From IMG/VR virus record IMGVR_UViG_2927464213_000002, positions 1-64,000 of that record: 64,000 nucleotides of DNA, one strand, 5' to 3'. The stretch's first letter is position 1. Every line of letters starts with the position of its first letter. This document shows, piece by piece, positions 10,369-19,629 of the stretch. Below the pieces are notes generated by a model. That model worked only from the letters and a program-made list of their open reading frames with translations, made no database searches and was not told where the DNA came from. Origin of the DNA: a virus (Duplodnaviria > Caudoviricetes). Position numbers and translations under genes: made by a program.

Positions 10369-10907
10369 GCCTTGGCGACCTTCAGCGCGGTTTCGAGCGC
10401 GGCCTGGACCCGCCGGTCGATCTCTTCGTTCGTGATGGCGGAGATCTTGCGGCTGATCAGCTTGTCGACATCCGCCAGCGTCCCTTCGTGCAGCCGCTTG
10501 AAAGTCTGCTCGACCAGCTCGGTGACCAGCTGGCCACCCCGCAGCTTGGCTTCGGCGAGGATCAGGTCGACCTGGGTCTTGATCGCATCGTTGAGTTTCT
10601 CCTTCATCGCCGGGGTGACGTTGTAGGTCTTATTGCCCCAACTGGCCTTGATGTTGCAGACCTCCTTCTCGAACAGGGCGGTGAACCGCGCCTGGAAGGT
10701 GACGTCGTCCTTGACGGCCTCGATCAGCTCGTTGCGCTGCGCCTCGAAGACTGCGTCGATCAGGTTGCGGACGTCGACCGGCACGTACTTATCGAACATG
10801 CGCTTGGTGATTTCGGCGACCACGGCCTGCTGCAACTCCAGCTTGACCTCGTCTTTGTCCTTGAACAGCGCGCCGATGGCGCTGGCATCCAGTTTCAGTG
10901 CGATCAT
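10365..10907 (-). CDS. hypothetical helical protein
   Basis: Coupled ORF with strong codon bias. Confidence 0.75.
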   Translation of the reverse strand: MIALKLDASAIGALFKDKDEVKLELQQAVVAEITKRMFDKYVPVDVRNLIDAVFEAQRNELIEAVKDDVTFQARFTALFEKEVCNIKASWGNKTYNVTPAMKEKLNDAIKTQVDLILAEAKLRGGQLVTELVEQTFKRLHEGTLADVDKLISRKISAITNEEIDRRVQAALETALKVAKA

Positions 10908-11164
10908 TTCGGACTCTTCATCTCGATCTTGAGGGTGGTGAGGTTGTTGCCGACCAGGTAGGCGAGGACTCTCATGGCCTTGAAGTGCCAGACCCGGGTG
11001 CCGTCAGGCTTGACGACGTTGAGCCGACCTCGGGGAAACCGAGGAGGGGCCTTCCAGCCTTTCGGCGTGGTGAGGAGGATGCCCGCTTCCTCGGCTGGCA
11101 TCTTGTTGAGCGTGTAGAAGTTGATGTTCTCCACGCACTGTCTGGCGATGTCGTCAGCGTGCAT
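10904..11164 (-). CDS. hypothetical protein
   Basis: Coupled ORF. Confidence 0.65.
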   Translation of the reverse strand: MHADDIARQCVENINFYTLNKMPAEEAGILLTTPKGWKAPPRFPRGRLNVVKPDGTRVWHFKAMRVLAYLVGNNLTTLKIEMKSPK

Positions 11165-11299
11165 AGGGCGTCTTCCGGATCTTGCCGGCGGCGATGCGCC
11201 GCTCCAGCATCTTGAACGCGGCCTTCAGGGAGGGGGCGACGCAGCAGAAGGCGCCGCCCCAGAACCCGGTCTCGCCGCAGATGATCGGGCGATAGAACT

Positions 11300-11794
11300 T
11301 CACGCCGCCATCTCCTTGCGCTCGTCGTTGTCGTTGGCCGCGTCCTTGTAGTTCGACTGCGCCCTGGCTTCCTTGAGCAGTTCGTCCAGGTCGATGCCCG
11401 GGATGATGTGCGCCTGGATGGTCTCCAGCGCGGCGTCGAAGTAGGCCTTAAACTCCTCCTCGCCCATCGCGTCGAACGCTGTAGAGGAGGGGATCATGAT
11501 GATCTCGCCAGCCGTGGTCATGACCGGCCGCACCACGCCGTTAGACAGCAGCAGCGTGTCGTGCAGCGAGTCCTCGGTCGCGAACAGATCGGTGTTGTGG
11601 GTCACGAGACGGAGGATCACCCGGTACAAGCGATGCCTGGGACCGCTCCGCGGCTGGGCGAACTGCGCCCGCACCGGTACGTTCTCCGGGATCGCCTGGA
11701 ACATCTCCACGTCGTACGAGGCATGCGGGATCAGGTGGCCGTCGACCTTGCGGACGAGGATCCACTTGTTTTTGGACTTGTTGCTCGCGCTCAT
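11300..11794 (-). CDS. DUF1367-like phage recombination-associated protein
   Basis: PRS..RHR.Y, PSS.AFDAM.EEEF..Y motifs; located near the exonuclease. Confidence 0.65.
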   Translation of the reverse strand: MSASNKSKNKWILVRKVDGHLIPHASYDVEMFQAIPENVPVRAQFAQPRSGPRHRLYRVILRLVTHNTDLFATEDSLHDTLLLSNGVVRPVMTTAGEIIMIPSSTAFDAMGEEEFKAYFDAALETIQAHIIPGIDLDELLKEARAQSNYKDAANDNDERKEMAA

Positions 11795-11991
11795 TTGTCC
11801 TCCAGCTGGTACGTCGCCCAGTCTTGGATCAGCTCCATCCAGTCCACGTTTTTCTCGGCATCGAACATCGGCGGGCTGCAATCCGTAGTGCGGCCATCCA
11901 CCATCTGCCGAAGGTCGTTCGCCAGCTCCTCGGTTTCCCGGTAGGTCAGCTGGCCGATCGCTCTCGCGATCGCTTGCAGTTTGTTGCTCAT
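11791..11991 (-). CDS. hypothetical protein
   Basis: GAGGTG RBS. Confidence 0.6.
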   Translation of the reverse strand: MSNKLQAIARAIGQLTYRETEELANDLRQMVDGRTTDCSPPMFDAEKNVDWMELIQDWATYQLEDK

Positions 11992-11997
11992 GTCACC

Positions 11998-12258
11998 TCA
12001 GATCAGAGATCCCTGGCGGGACCGCTGGCTTGTGGATCTCGGTTTTGGTTGTGGTCTCGGCCGGTCGACCTCCTGCAGCTGCTCCACCTTCACCCGGCAC
12101 GCCTCGACGAGCGTTTCGATCTGCTCTTCGGTCAGGCCGTAGTCTTCGCGGTGAACCCGTTCGTCGGCCCACCACTGACGCAGGGTGGAGGGCGGACCCT
12201 CTGAGAGTGCGATCCCCCAGAGGGCCAGCTGCATGTAGGCCGCAGCCTTATCCGGCAT
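11998..12258 (-). CDS. hypothetical protein
   Basis: Overlaps the upstream gene; good codon bias. Confidence 0.6.
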   Translation of the reverse strand: MPDKAAAYMQLALWGIALSEGPPSTLRQWWADERVHREDYGLTEEQIETLVEACRVKVEQLQEVDRPRPQPKPRSTSQRSRQGSLI

Positions 12259-12970
12259 GGGCCGCGCGCTTCAGCTCCTGCGACTTGTCGCTGAGCTTGC
12301 CCATGACGTAGGCCTCGCCGTTCGACGAGAGCTTCTTCATGTCTTCGATGAAGGCCTTGTCGGCGGCGATTTCCATTGCCTGCTTCGTGCGCTCGATGCC
12401 GGCGATCTTGTCGGCCCAGAACGTCACGATCTTCTGACCCTCTTCCTTCGAGACCGAAGCCTCGCGAGCCGGGGGCTTGTCGTCGTTGGCAGCCGGCCGG
12501 CGCTCGTCACGCCGATCGTCGCGACGGTCGTTCGACCGGTTGTCCGGGTCCTGGTTGAAGTCGTCGGCTTCCTCGGACGAGTAGGCGTCGCCGTGCAGGT
12601 CGGCCAGCTTCAGGATCACGCGATCCTTCGCCCGCTTCTCCGCCATGGCGTACGGATACGCAGCCATCTTGCCCTTGACCTTGTAGTTGCCGCCGACCTC
12701 GTTCTCCTTCGAGATCAAGGCCTCGCCGATCGACCACTCGGTCTTGCCGTTGGCCTCGCCCATGACGAGGATGACGGCTTCGTCGCGCTCGGCACGCAGG
12801 ATCTCGGGCTTGGTCCACTTGATGCCGATGGCGGCACCCAGGCGTTCGACGTCCTTGTGCTTGACGACGGGCGTTCCCTGGACTTCCCAGATCGAGTCGC
12901 GATCGATGTCGACTTTGTGCTTGTCGAAGACGTCGTAGATCTTGTCGAGCTTCGGGTTCTTCCGTGCCAT
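12248..12970 (-). CDS. putative single-strand annealing protein (function inferred from position)
   Basis: YPYAMAEKRAKDRVILKL...YSSEEADDF; directly downstream of the YqaJ exonuclease. Confidence 0.55.
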   Translation of the reverse strand: MARKNPKLDKIYDVFDKHKVDIDRDSIWEVQGTPVVKHKDVERLGAAIGIKWTKPEILRAERDEAVILVMGEANGKTEWSIGEALISKENEVGGNYKVKGKMAAYPYAMAEKRAKDRVILKLADLHGDAYSSEEADDFNQDPDNRSNDRRDDRRDERRPAANDDKPPAREASVSKEEGQKIVTFWADKIAGIERTKQAMEIAADKAFIEDMKKLSSNGEAYVMGKLSDKSQELKRAAHAG

Positions 12971-12984
12971 TGTTCTCTCCTTGA

Positions 12985-13941
12985 TTAAGCGGCTTCGGCC
13001 GCGGTGGTGGGTTTGTCGTTGCTGTTGGCGGCCTTGCGGGAACGGGTCGCCTTCGGCTTGGGCTCCGGCTGGGGACGGCCAGCGTCCTTGTCAGCCTGTG
13101 CGACCGCTACCTTGTCGATCTTCACGAGCATCTTGCCGTCGCTCGAATAGGAGATCGTCACGCCCTTGCCGGACGCTTCCTTGGCGTCCTGCGGCATCTT
13201 CTTCTTGATCGCCTTCTTCGCGGTCTCGTGCGCATCGACGGCGGACTTTGTCTCCACCATCTTCTGCGCGAGGTCGCACCACTCGTTGTCCTGGCTCATG
13301 TCGGCGACACGAACTTTCTCGAGCAGCGGGATCTCGATGGTGGGCGTGCCGGGCGTGCGGCCGGTCTGGACGCAATCCCAGAAGTCTTGCTCCGCCTGGA
13401 GCATCTTGGCCTGGTAGAAGATGTCGGCCTCGACCTCCATGACGACGTGCTGGGCAGCGCCGGTGATGATCGACAGGTACGAGAGCGGCAGGTCCATCAC
13501 CATCATGTTGTGCTGGCACTGCGCGTAGTACTTGTCGTAGGCCTTCTGCTTGTCGAAGCCGAAGGGCATCATGAACTTGAACTCGACCATCGCGATGACG
13601 GGAGCCTCGATCGCCTTGCGAACGAGTCCGTCGAGGGTCGCGTGAGCCTTGTCCCAGTCCTTGTAGAAGACCTTGTCCTGCTCGTTGGTCACGGCCAGGT
13701 TCATCTGGAACTCGAACCAGTCAGCATTCAGCTGCTCGGTCGTGTTGCCCATCTGGACCAGCAGGATCTCGGACATGTCCTCCTGCTCCTGTTCGCCGCG
13801 CTTCTCGCGCCACAGTCGCTCAATGGCGCGCTGATCGCCGGACATGATGATCCGCGCGTCCGATCCACCGATGGACGTCATGCGGGCGGCGCGAGCCTCA
13901 TCGCTCATGCCAAGGTGGCGGGTACGACGTAGGAACTGCAT
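12985..13941 (-). CDS. YqaJ/lambda-exonuclease family recombinase
   Basis: IGGSDA, G...E, ATLDG, VEFK, YYAQCQHNM, FW.CV. Confidence 0.88.
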   Translation of the reverse strand: MQFLRRTRHLGMSDEARAARMTSIGGSDARIIMSGDQRAIERLWREKRGEQEQEDMSEILLVQMGNTTEQLNADWFEFQMNLAVTNEQDKVFYKDWDKAHATLDGLVRKAIEAPVIAMVEFKFMMPFGFDKQKAYDKYYAQCQHNMMVMDLPLSYLSIITGAAQHVVMEVEADIFYQAKMLQAEQDFWDCVQTGRTPGTPTIEIPLLEKVRVADMSQDNEWCDLAQKMVETKSAVDAHETAKKAIKKKMPQDAKEASGKGVTISYSSDGKMLVKIDKVAVAQADKDAGRPQPEPKPKATRSRKAANSNDKPTTAAEAA

Positions 13942-13955
13942 TTCACTTCTCCTGT

Positions 13956-14633
13956 TCAGCGGTATTCCCGCCAGATTGCTTTCTCACCGAGGGTCTCGAC
14001 GAAGGCCGCGTGCAGACGCCGCTCCTCGTCGGTCAGCCTGGACGGCAGAGGAACGGGTCGCTGGGGCGCGGCGGGTAGGTTGTCGATGGTCACTTCTTCC
14101 TGTTCGCCGAGCAGCGTGAGGCCGTATTGACGGCCACCACGCAGTTCGACGTAGACTTCGCTGAGCAGCTCGGCGTCGAGGAGGGCGCCGTGCAGCTTTC
14201 TTCGGCTGGTATCGATGTTGAAGGCCGAGCAGAGACCGTCGAGGGTGTGACGGCCACGCGGGCGCTTCGTCTTGGCCAGCTCCAGGGTGTCGACGATTTC
14301 GTTCTGGAGCGGCGGCATATCGAGCCGCTCCAGCTCGTCGTTGATCATCCCGAGATCGAAGGGAGCGTTGTGCGCCACCAGTCGGGCGTCGCCGATGAAG
14401 GCGAGGAACTGGTTGACGACCCGCTTGAACGTCGGCTTCGTCTTCAGAAACTCATTGCTGAGTCCGTGAACGGCGAACGCTTCCCGGTGAACTGGATGCG
14501 TGGGGTTGACGTATTTGTGGAACGTCTTCCCCGTTGGCAGCCAATTGTTGATCTCGACGCAGCCGATTTCCACGATGCGATCGACCTTGCGCTCGATGCC
14601 CGTGGTTTCGGTGTCGATGATGATCTCTCTCAA
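13956..14633 (-). CDS. dnaQ: DNA polymerase III epsilon-like 3'-5' exonuclease
   Basis: DTETTG, VAHNAPFD, HGALLDAELL (DEDDh). Confidence 0.92.
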   Translation of the reverse strand: MREIIIDTETTGIERKVDRIVEIGCVEINNWLPTGKTFHKYVNPTHPVHREAFAVHGLSNEFLKTKPTFKRVVNQFLAFIGDARLVAHNAPFDLGMINDELERLDMPPLQNEIVDTLELAKTKRPRGRHTLDGLCSAFNIDTSRRKLHGALLDAELLSEVYVELRGGRQYGLTLLGEQEEVTIDNLPAAPQRPVPLPSRLTDEERRLHAAFVETLGEKAIWREYR

Positions 14634-14869
14634 AGCGATCTCCGGGTGATCGGGTCGATCCCGTCGTCACGAAGTTGAGCGAACACCTGGTCTCGCAGCC
14701 GATCGGCGAGCGTCTGCGACGAGTCCAGGAGAGCGGAGATCGACAGCTCCACCTGTTCGGGGGAGCCGACGATGAAGGACGCCTCCAGCCGGCAGAGACA
14801 TGCCTCGTGGACACGTCTCGCCGCCTGGAACCGGAGGTAGGCGTCGGTGACTTCCGGGCTACGCGGCAT
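14630..14869 (-). CDS. hypothetical protein
   Basis: Short coupled ORF. Confidence 0.55.
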   Translation of the reverse strand: MPRSPEVTDAYLRFQAARRVHEACLCRLEASFIVGSPEQVELSISALLDSSQTLADRLRDQVFAQLRDDGIDPITRRSL

Positions 14870-15803
14870 TGGGCGCGTGAACGATTGGCAGGCCACGTCC
14901 GATGCTCGGGCGAGCGAGATCGGGGTGGTCCTGCATCCATTTCTGAACGAACCAGAGCTGACCGCAGCCGCCGCCGATCGTGTCCTGGCCGGCCGGATCG
15001 AACACGCGGACGTCATAGCCGCGCTCGACTAGCTTCAGGCTGAAGTCGGAAGCCAGCTCGCGCTGGTGATCGTTGGTCGCCGGCATGCCCTCAGAGCGCT
15101 CGCAGACGACGCTGACGGTCGCGTTCCAGATCAGCGGGTCGAACAGGCCCCAGAGGCGCTCGGCGTCCTGGATGGAGGAGTTGCCGTCGTGAGCGCAGTA
15201 GTTGAAGAACGGCTTGCGACCCGTGACCTCGTGCCAGATCATGCCTTCGGTCGCGATCTGGAACAGGGTCAGCTTCTTCTTGAAGGGGACCAGGGCGTCA
15301 CGCGCAGCGTCGGTCGACTCGTGGACCGAGAACTGCAGGCCGATGGTCGGGATCTCCATGGAGATCTCGCGGACCACCTCGTAGTTGACGATCGGCGCCG
15401 AGGTCGAGATCAGGAGCGCCGCATTCGGATACAACCGGTAGAGCTGGCGGAGCGCCGGGACGAGACCCTTCAGATTCAGGAGCGGCTCGCCCATGGACAT
15501 GAACATGATCTGCAGGCGCTTCATCTCGGACGCCTGGATGCCGGTCTGCTCGATCGAGTGCTCGACCTGGGCGACGATCTCGTCGGTCGAGAGCGAGCGC
15601 ACGAAGTTGTCGCCGGCACCGCAGAAGCGGCAGCCAACGGGGCAGCCCGACTGCGTGGAGCAGCAGATCACGGTGCGGCTGGCGTAGTCCGGGTACTTGT
15701 AGAGCACCGACTCCGCGACGGCAGAGCCGTTGTCGAACACGAACTTGGCGACGTTCTGTGCGGCGTCGTCGATCCGCTTGACGTTATCCCAGGCAGGTCT
15801 CAC
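14859..15803 (-). CDS. RlmN/Cfr-like radical SAM methyltransferase (N-terminal helical domain absent)
   Basis: ESV, ICCSTQSGCPVGCRFC, MSMGEP, ST, SVH, GGGCGQL; GTG start overlapping the upstream TGA. Confidence 0.8.
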   Translation of the reverse strand: MRPAWDNVKRIDDAAQNVAKFVFDNGSAVAESVLYKYPDYASRTVICCSTQSGCPVGCRFCGAGDNFVRSLSTDEIVAQVEHSIEQTGIQASEMKRLQIMFMSMGEPLLNLKGLVPALRQLYRLYPNAALLISTSAPIVNYEVVREISMEIPTIGLQFSVHESTDAARDALVPFKKKLTLFQIATEGMIWHEVTGRKPFFNYCAHDGNSSIQDAERLWGLFDPLIWNATVSVVCERSEGMPATNDHQRELASDFSLKLVERGYDVRVFDPAGQDTIGGGCGQLWFVQKWMQDHPDLARPSIGRGLPIVHAPNAA

Positions 15804-16384
15804 GAGGTGATTTCCTTGAAGCTGATGCCGTCTGCCGGCACGATCCCGATGTCGTTCTTCAAGCCGGTCAGGATGAATCCGACCGTCCTGGTCTTGATCT
15901 CGGCGGTGTTCTGCCGATTGGGCTTCCGGGTGGGGCAGTAGAGCCGGTGGACCAGCTCCTGATCGCCGCCTCGGGCCAGCGCGATAGCTGCCTTGGAGAG
16001 GCGGTCGGGCAGGCGAGCTGCATTGCACCAGCGCATCCACGCCAGGACGCCGAGGGCACGGTCGACGTCGTTTCGCTGAGGCGAAGTCTTCGTCGCGCCG
16101 TCGAAGGGCTTCATCGAGCTGAAGAGCCGAATGCGTTCGATCTCGATCAGCTCGGCGCGGGACATGCCGATCATGTTCCAGCCGCCGGAGCGCTGGCCCG
16201 ATGTCAGCCAGCGACGTTCCTGGTCGGGCGTCTTGTCGATGACCTCGATGGCCTCGACGAGCAGCTGCCAGACGACATCGCTGTGTCGCGCTTTCTCGCC
16301 CTTCAGAGCCCATGCCAGCTCGCCACCATGGACGAGCCAGCTGAGCGCTTGGATGCGAGCCTCAAGCGGGGACGAGTTGGTCAT
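15800..16384 (-). CDS. hypothetical protein
   Basis: Coupled ORF. Confidence 0.65.
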   Translation of the reverse strand: MTNSSPLEARIQALSWLVHGGELAWALKGEKARHSDVVWQLLVEAIEVIDKTPDQERRWLTSGQRSGGWNMIGMSRAELIEIERIRLFSSMKPFDGATKTSPQRNDVDRALGVLAWMRWCNAARLPDRLSKAAIALARGGDQELVHRLYCPTRKPNRQNTAEIKTRTVGFILTGLKNDIGIVPADGISFKEITS

Positions 16385-16712
16385 TCGCCACCGCGGCGTT
16401 GCCGTACATCTGACGGCGTCGCGTTGCCCGGTACTCGTAGCAGCCGTAGTGGACTCGCTTCTGCGAGAGCAGGATCTGCCCCTCGCGGGCATCCTTGTGG
16501 ATGCGGTCAGCGATGACGTTGAGCTGCGCGATGTTCATGCGCTCGACGGTGCGCAGGACATCGGTCTCCGGGATCTCGACCTGGCGGTCGATCTGTAGGT
16601 GGCCGGTCCAGTAGACGAGGGTGTCGCCGGCAGCCGCCTGCTTCAGCCAGTCGTAATAGTCGGACAGCGCACCCGGCGAGATGTCGAGAACTGTGGTTTC
16701 GGTGTCGGACAT
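16362..16712 (-). CDS. hypothetical protein
   Basis: W...A..GD.LVYW.G.L..DR...L.QKR....YEY.A pattern. Confidence 0.7.
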   Translation of the reverse strand: MSDTETTVLDISPGALSDYYDWLKQAAAGDTLVYWTGHLQIDRQVEIPETDVLRTVERMNIAQLNVIADRIHKDAREGQILLSQKRVHYGCYEYRATRRRQMYGNAAVANDQLVPA

Positions 16713-17107
16713 CACGCCCCCACCTTGTTCTGGACGAGGGACGTGTACATGCCGACGATGTAGACCATGTTGTCGATGACGCCGCCGAGATGGTCGACCG
16801 TCTCGCGGTTCTCTTCGCGCTCGATCGCGGCCAGCTCTTCCTCGCTGATCACGTCATCGTCTTCGAAGTCATCATCGTCGTCGAAGTTGTCGTCGAACGG
16901 GTCGTACGGCGGCTCGGCCGCGCCGGAGCCATCGTCGAAGTCGTCATCGTTCATCGCTTGGACGATCACGACGACCTCAGGCATGTCGTCGAGGCCGAGG
17001 CACGGACCATCGGGCGGACAGTTGCAGTCGGCGATCTGGATGCCGCCACGCGCGGCTAGGTCGTCAGCGAGGAAGGGGAGCACGGTGGTGAAGAACGGAT
17101 CTCTCAT
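16712..17107 (-). CDS. highly acidic hypothetical protein
   Basis: D/E-rich; GAGG RBS after a dyad motif. Confidence 0.65.
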   Translation of the reverse strand: MRDPFFTTVLPFLADDLAARGGIQIADCNCPPDGPCLGLDDMPEVVVIVQAMNDDDFDDGSGAAEPPYDPFDDNFDDDDDFEDDDVISEEELAAIEREENRETVDHLGGVIDNMVYIVGMYTSLVQNKVGA

Positions 17108-17145
17108 AGGACCTCAGTTTGCATTCAAGCAAATGGTGTGACGTG

Positions 17146-17189
17146 AAAAGGGGCGCCCTGGCACGCACGAACCAAACAGGGCGCCCCTC
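17146..17189 (-). terminator. intrinsic terminator after ssb
   Basis: GGGGCGCCCTG/CAGGGCGCCCC stem followed by TTTT. Confidence 0.7.
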
Positions 17190-17221
17190 GATTTTCCCCG
17201 CTCAACGGGGAAGCTCAGATC

Positions 17222-17794
17222 TTAGAAGGGGATGTCATCATCCATGTCGCCGCTGCGCGACGGTGCGCGGCTGTTGCTGCCGCGATCCCGATCGTTGCGG
17301 CTGCCGCGATCATCGTCACGGCGCGACGAACCGCGGCTGTCGCGATCATCCCGACCGCGATCATCGCGATCACGGCTCGACGAGCGGCTACCGCGATCGT
17401 CGCCTCGGTCATCGTCGCGGCTGCTGCCGCCGCCGTCGCCGTTGCGCTCCCAGATCTTCTGGAAGTCCTCGGTCTGGGCGAACTGCGGAACGACGATCTC
17501 GGTCGAGTACTTCTCGACGCCGCTCTGGTCGGTCCATTTGCGGGTCTGCAGCTTGCCGACCAGGTAGACCTGATCACCCTTCTTCAGGTTGTTGTCGATG
17601 AACTTGACCGTGTTCTCGTTCCACACAACGATGTTGTGCCACTCGGTCTTCTCCTTCATCTCGCCGCTGCGCTTGTCCTTGTAGCGCTCGCCGGTCGCAA
17701 CGCTGAGGTTCGCGACCTCCTTGCCCTCCTGGGTGCGGCGGATCTCGGGGTCTTTCCCCAGCCGGCCCAAGATGATCACCTTATTGACTGACAT
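17222..17794 (-). CDS. ssb: single-stranded DNA-binding protein
   Basis: SVNKVIILGRLGKDPE, TEWHNIV, GKLQTRKW, C-terminal DDDIPF. Confidence 0.95.
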   Translation of the reverse strand: MSVNKVIILGRLGKDPEIRRTQEGKEVANLSVATGERYKDKRSGEMKEKTEWHNIVVWNENTVKFIDNNLKKGDQVYLVGKLQTRKWTDQSGVEKYSTEIVVPQFAQTEDFQKIWERNGDGGGSSRDDDRGDDRGSRSSSRDRDDRGRDDRDSRGSSRRDDDRGSRNDRDRGSNSRAPSRSGDMDDDIPF

Positions 17795-17855
17795 GTATCG
17801 TCTCCTTTTCTGCCGTTTGCATTATCACGACGTTTGCATTCATGCAAGCGTCAGG

Positions 17856-19424
17856 TCAAAAATCTAGCTTCGTGAAGAGGCCGGTCTTCTCGTTGAAGCC
17901 GACGTCGACCGAGCCCGTGTTGCCGGCGATGCGCTTGAGGCGCACCTTCGGGATGAAGATGGTTCGTTCGTTCGGCGCCTCGTCGGGTCGGCAAGCATGC
18001 ACGACGACTCCGAGATCGGGCTTGTTCGCCCAGTGCGCCGAGTCCGAGATGTTGTAGAGCCCCGGGATCATCTTTCCCTCCAGCTTGGTCGGGTGCGCTA
18101 CAACGCAGGTCGCGCAACCGAACCGATTGCCGAACCGCTTCATCTTCTTGATCGCCTTGCCGACATACTCGGTCAGCGACATCGAGTTGGGGCGATTGTG
18201 CTCCAGCTCGTTCCACGGGTCGATCATCAGCATCTTCACGCCGTAGCGGAAGACGGCAGCTGCGGCCCGGTCGAGCACGAAGTCGAGATCAACCTCAACG
18301 TCGTCGTTATCGTCGTCGTAGTCGATGAAGTAGAAGTAGCGCTCGACGAATGCCTCGGCTCTCTTCCGGTCTTCAGGCGTCCACGCAGCGCGCTCCTTCT
18401 CCAGGAACGCGGTCATCAGCTCGTAGGCCAGGAACGGCTTCACCGACTTTTCGCCGGAGAACATCGCGATCGGCCACTTGTGTCTCATGGCCAGCCGCAC
18501 CGCGACCTGGTTCATGAAGGTCGACTTGCCGACGTTGGGGATACCGGTGCAGACGATGAACTGTCCCTGGTAGAACTTCATCTTCTCGTCCAGCTCCTTC
18601 GAGATGCCGGCCTCGACCATCTCGGGGATCGCGATCTCCGGATAGTCGGACAGCTTGAAGAGACCCTTGACGGGCCACTCCTTGGCATTCTCGATCAGCT
18701 CGCGCACCTTCTCGGCCCCGAGGTACTTCTTGACCTCGTTCAGATCCTTGCAGGACCGCAGCTCGCCGGTCTTCTTGTCGGGCACGACCTCGTCGTCCGG
18801 ATACTGGATCCAGAAACACTTGGCCGGGCCGATGCGTCTGACCAGCTCCTTCGCCAGCCGGCGGCCGGGCTCGTCGGCGTCGGTTGCGATGATGTGGTAC
18901 TTCACCGCCATGATCCGCTGCATGTGGCGCACCATGAACGAGAACTTGTCGTCGTCCTCGGGGTCGACGTCCTTGGCGTCGTCCGGCACGTCGATCAGGT
19001 TGCCGTTCTTGTCGCGGGCAGGGGGCGCACCATCGGGCACGGACACGATGGTCTCGTAGCCGGACTCCTTGCCGGCCTGGACGTCGAACTCACCTTCGAC
19101 CCAGATCAGGGACTCGGTGCCGGCTTCCAGACGCGCCATCGTATCCTCGCTGAGGAGGACGTCGGCGTTGTAGATCGTCTTGACGGCGCCCTTCTTCTGC
19201 ATGAACCGGCGCTCGCCATCCTGCGCCCACCGGTACTTGCAGTTCACCTCGATGCCGTGCTCGTAGTAAGGGAAGCAGAGGACGTTGCCGCGCTCATCCG
19301 GCAGAACGACGAGGTTGTCCTGCGAATCTCGCGAGAGACGCCCGCTGTAGGTCCCCATATCCACCGCCATTTCGCTGGTGAGGCCTCTGTCCTCGATCCC
19401 CCTGGCGTGCTTCTCGCTTAGCAT
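17856..19424 (-). CDS. TOPRIM primase-SF4 helicase (T7 gp4/Twinkle-like), lacking the Zn-binding domain
   Basis: WVEGEFD, SVPDGA, ATDADEPG, KDLNE, Walker A GIPNVGKS, IDPWNEL, VAHPTK, ISDSAHW.NKPD. Confidence 0.9.
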   Translation of the reverse strand: MLSEKHARGIEDRGLTSEMAVDMGTYSGRLSRDSQDNLVVLPDERGNVLCFPYYEHGIEVNCKYRWAQDGERRFMQKKGAVKTIYNADVLLSEDTMARLEAGTESLIWVEGEFDVQAGKESGYETIVSVPDGAPPARDKNGNLIDVPDDAKDVDPEDDDKFSFMVRHMQRIMAVKYHIIATDADEPGRRLAKELVRRIGPAKCFWIQYPDDEVVPDKKTGELRSCKDLNEVKKYLGAEKVRELIENAKEWPVKGLFKLSDYPEIAIPEMVEAGISKELDEKMKFYQGQFIVCTGIPNVGKSTFMNQVAVRLAMRHKWPIAMFSGEKSVKPFLAYELMTAFLEKERAAWTPEDRKRAEAFVERYFYFIDYDDDNDDVEVDLDFVLDRAAAAVFRYGVKMLMIDPWNELEHNRPNSMSLTEYVGKAIKKMKRFGNRFGCATCVVAHPTKLEGKMIPGLYNISDSAHWANKPDLGVVVHACRPDEAPNERTIFIPKVRLKRIAGNTGSVDVGFNEKTGLFTKLDF

Positions 19425-19629
19425 TCTCGTAGCTGCTCCATGTGCAGTGATGACAATTCCAGACCACGCCTGAGGCGTCGATCTTGACGCTCAGGCATTT
19501 GAGTTTCTTGTGGGCTCCCTTCCGCCTGTGGGAGCAGTTGGGGCAGATGGCGTACTGGGTGCCCATCTTCAGGGAGCGGACCTTGATGCCGTTCTCCTGC
19601 AGAGCTTTCTCGACATCGACCCCGGCCAT
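19294..19629 (-). CDS. stand-alone primase zinc-binding domain
   Basis: CPNCSH.R...CLSV......WNCHHC; different frame from the TOPRIM gene. Confidence 0.75.
   Translation of the reverse strand: MAGVDVEKALQENGIKVRSLKMGTQYAICPNCSHRRKGAHKKLKCLSVKIDASGVVWNCHHCTWSSYENAKREARQGDRGQRPHQRNGGGYGDLQRASLARFAGQPRRSAG

Noticed and set aside
15804-16313. N-terminal extension of the radical SAM ORF
   Set aside because: Overlaps the real 15800-16384 gene; the GTG at 15803 gives normal translational coupling
17230-17440. RD/RG-rich repeats in the SSB linker
   Set aside because: Low-complexity linkers are ordinary in SSB proteins
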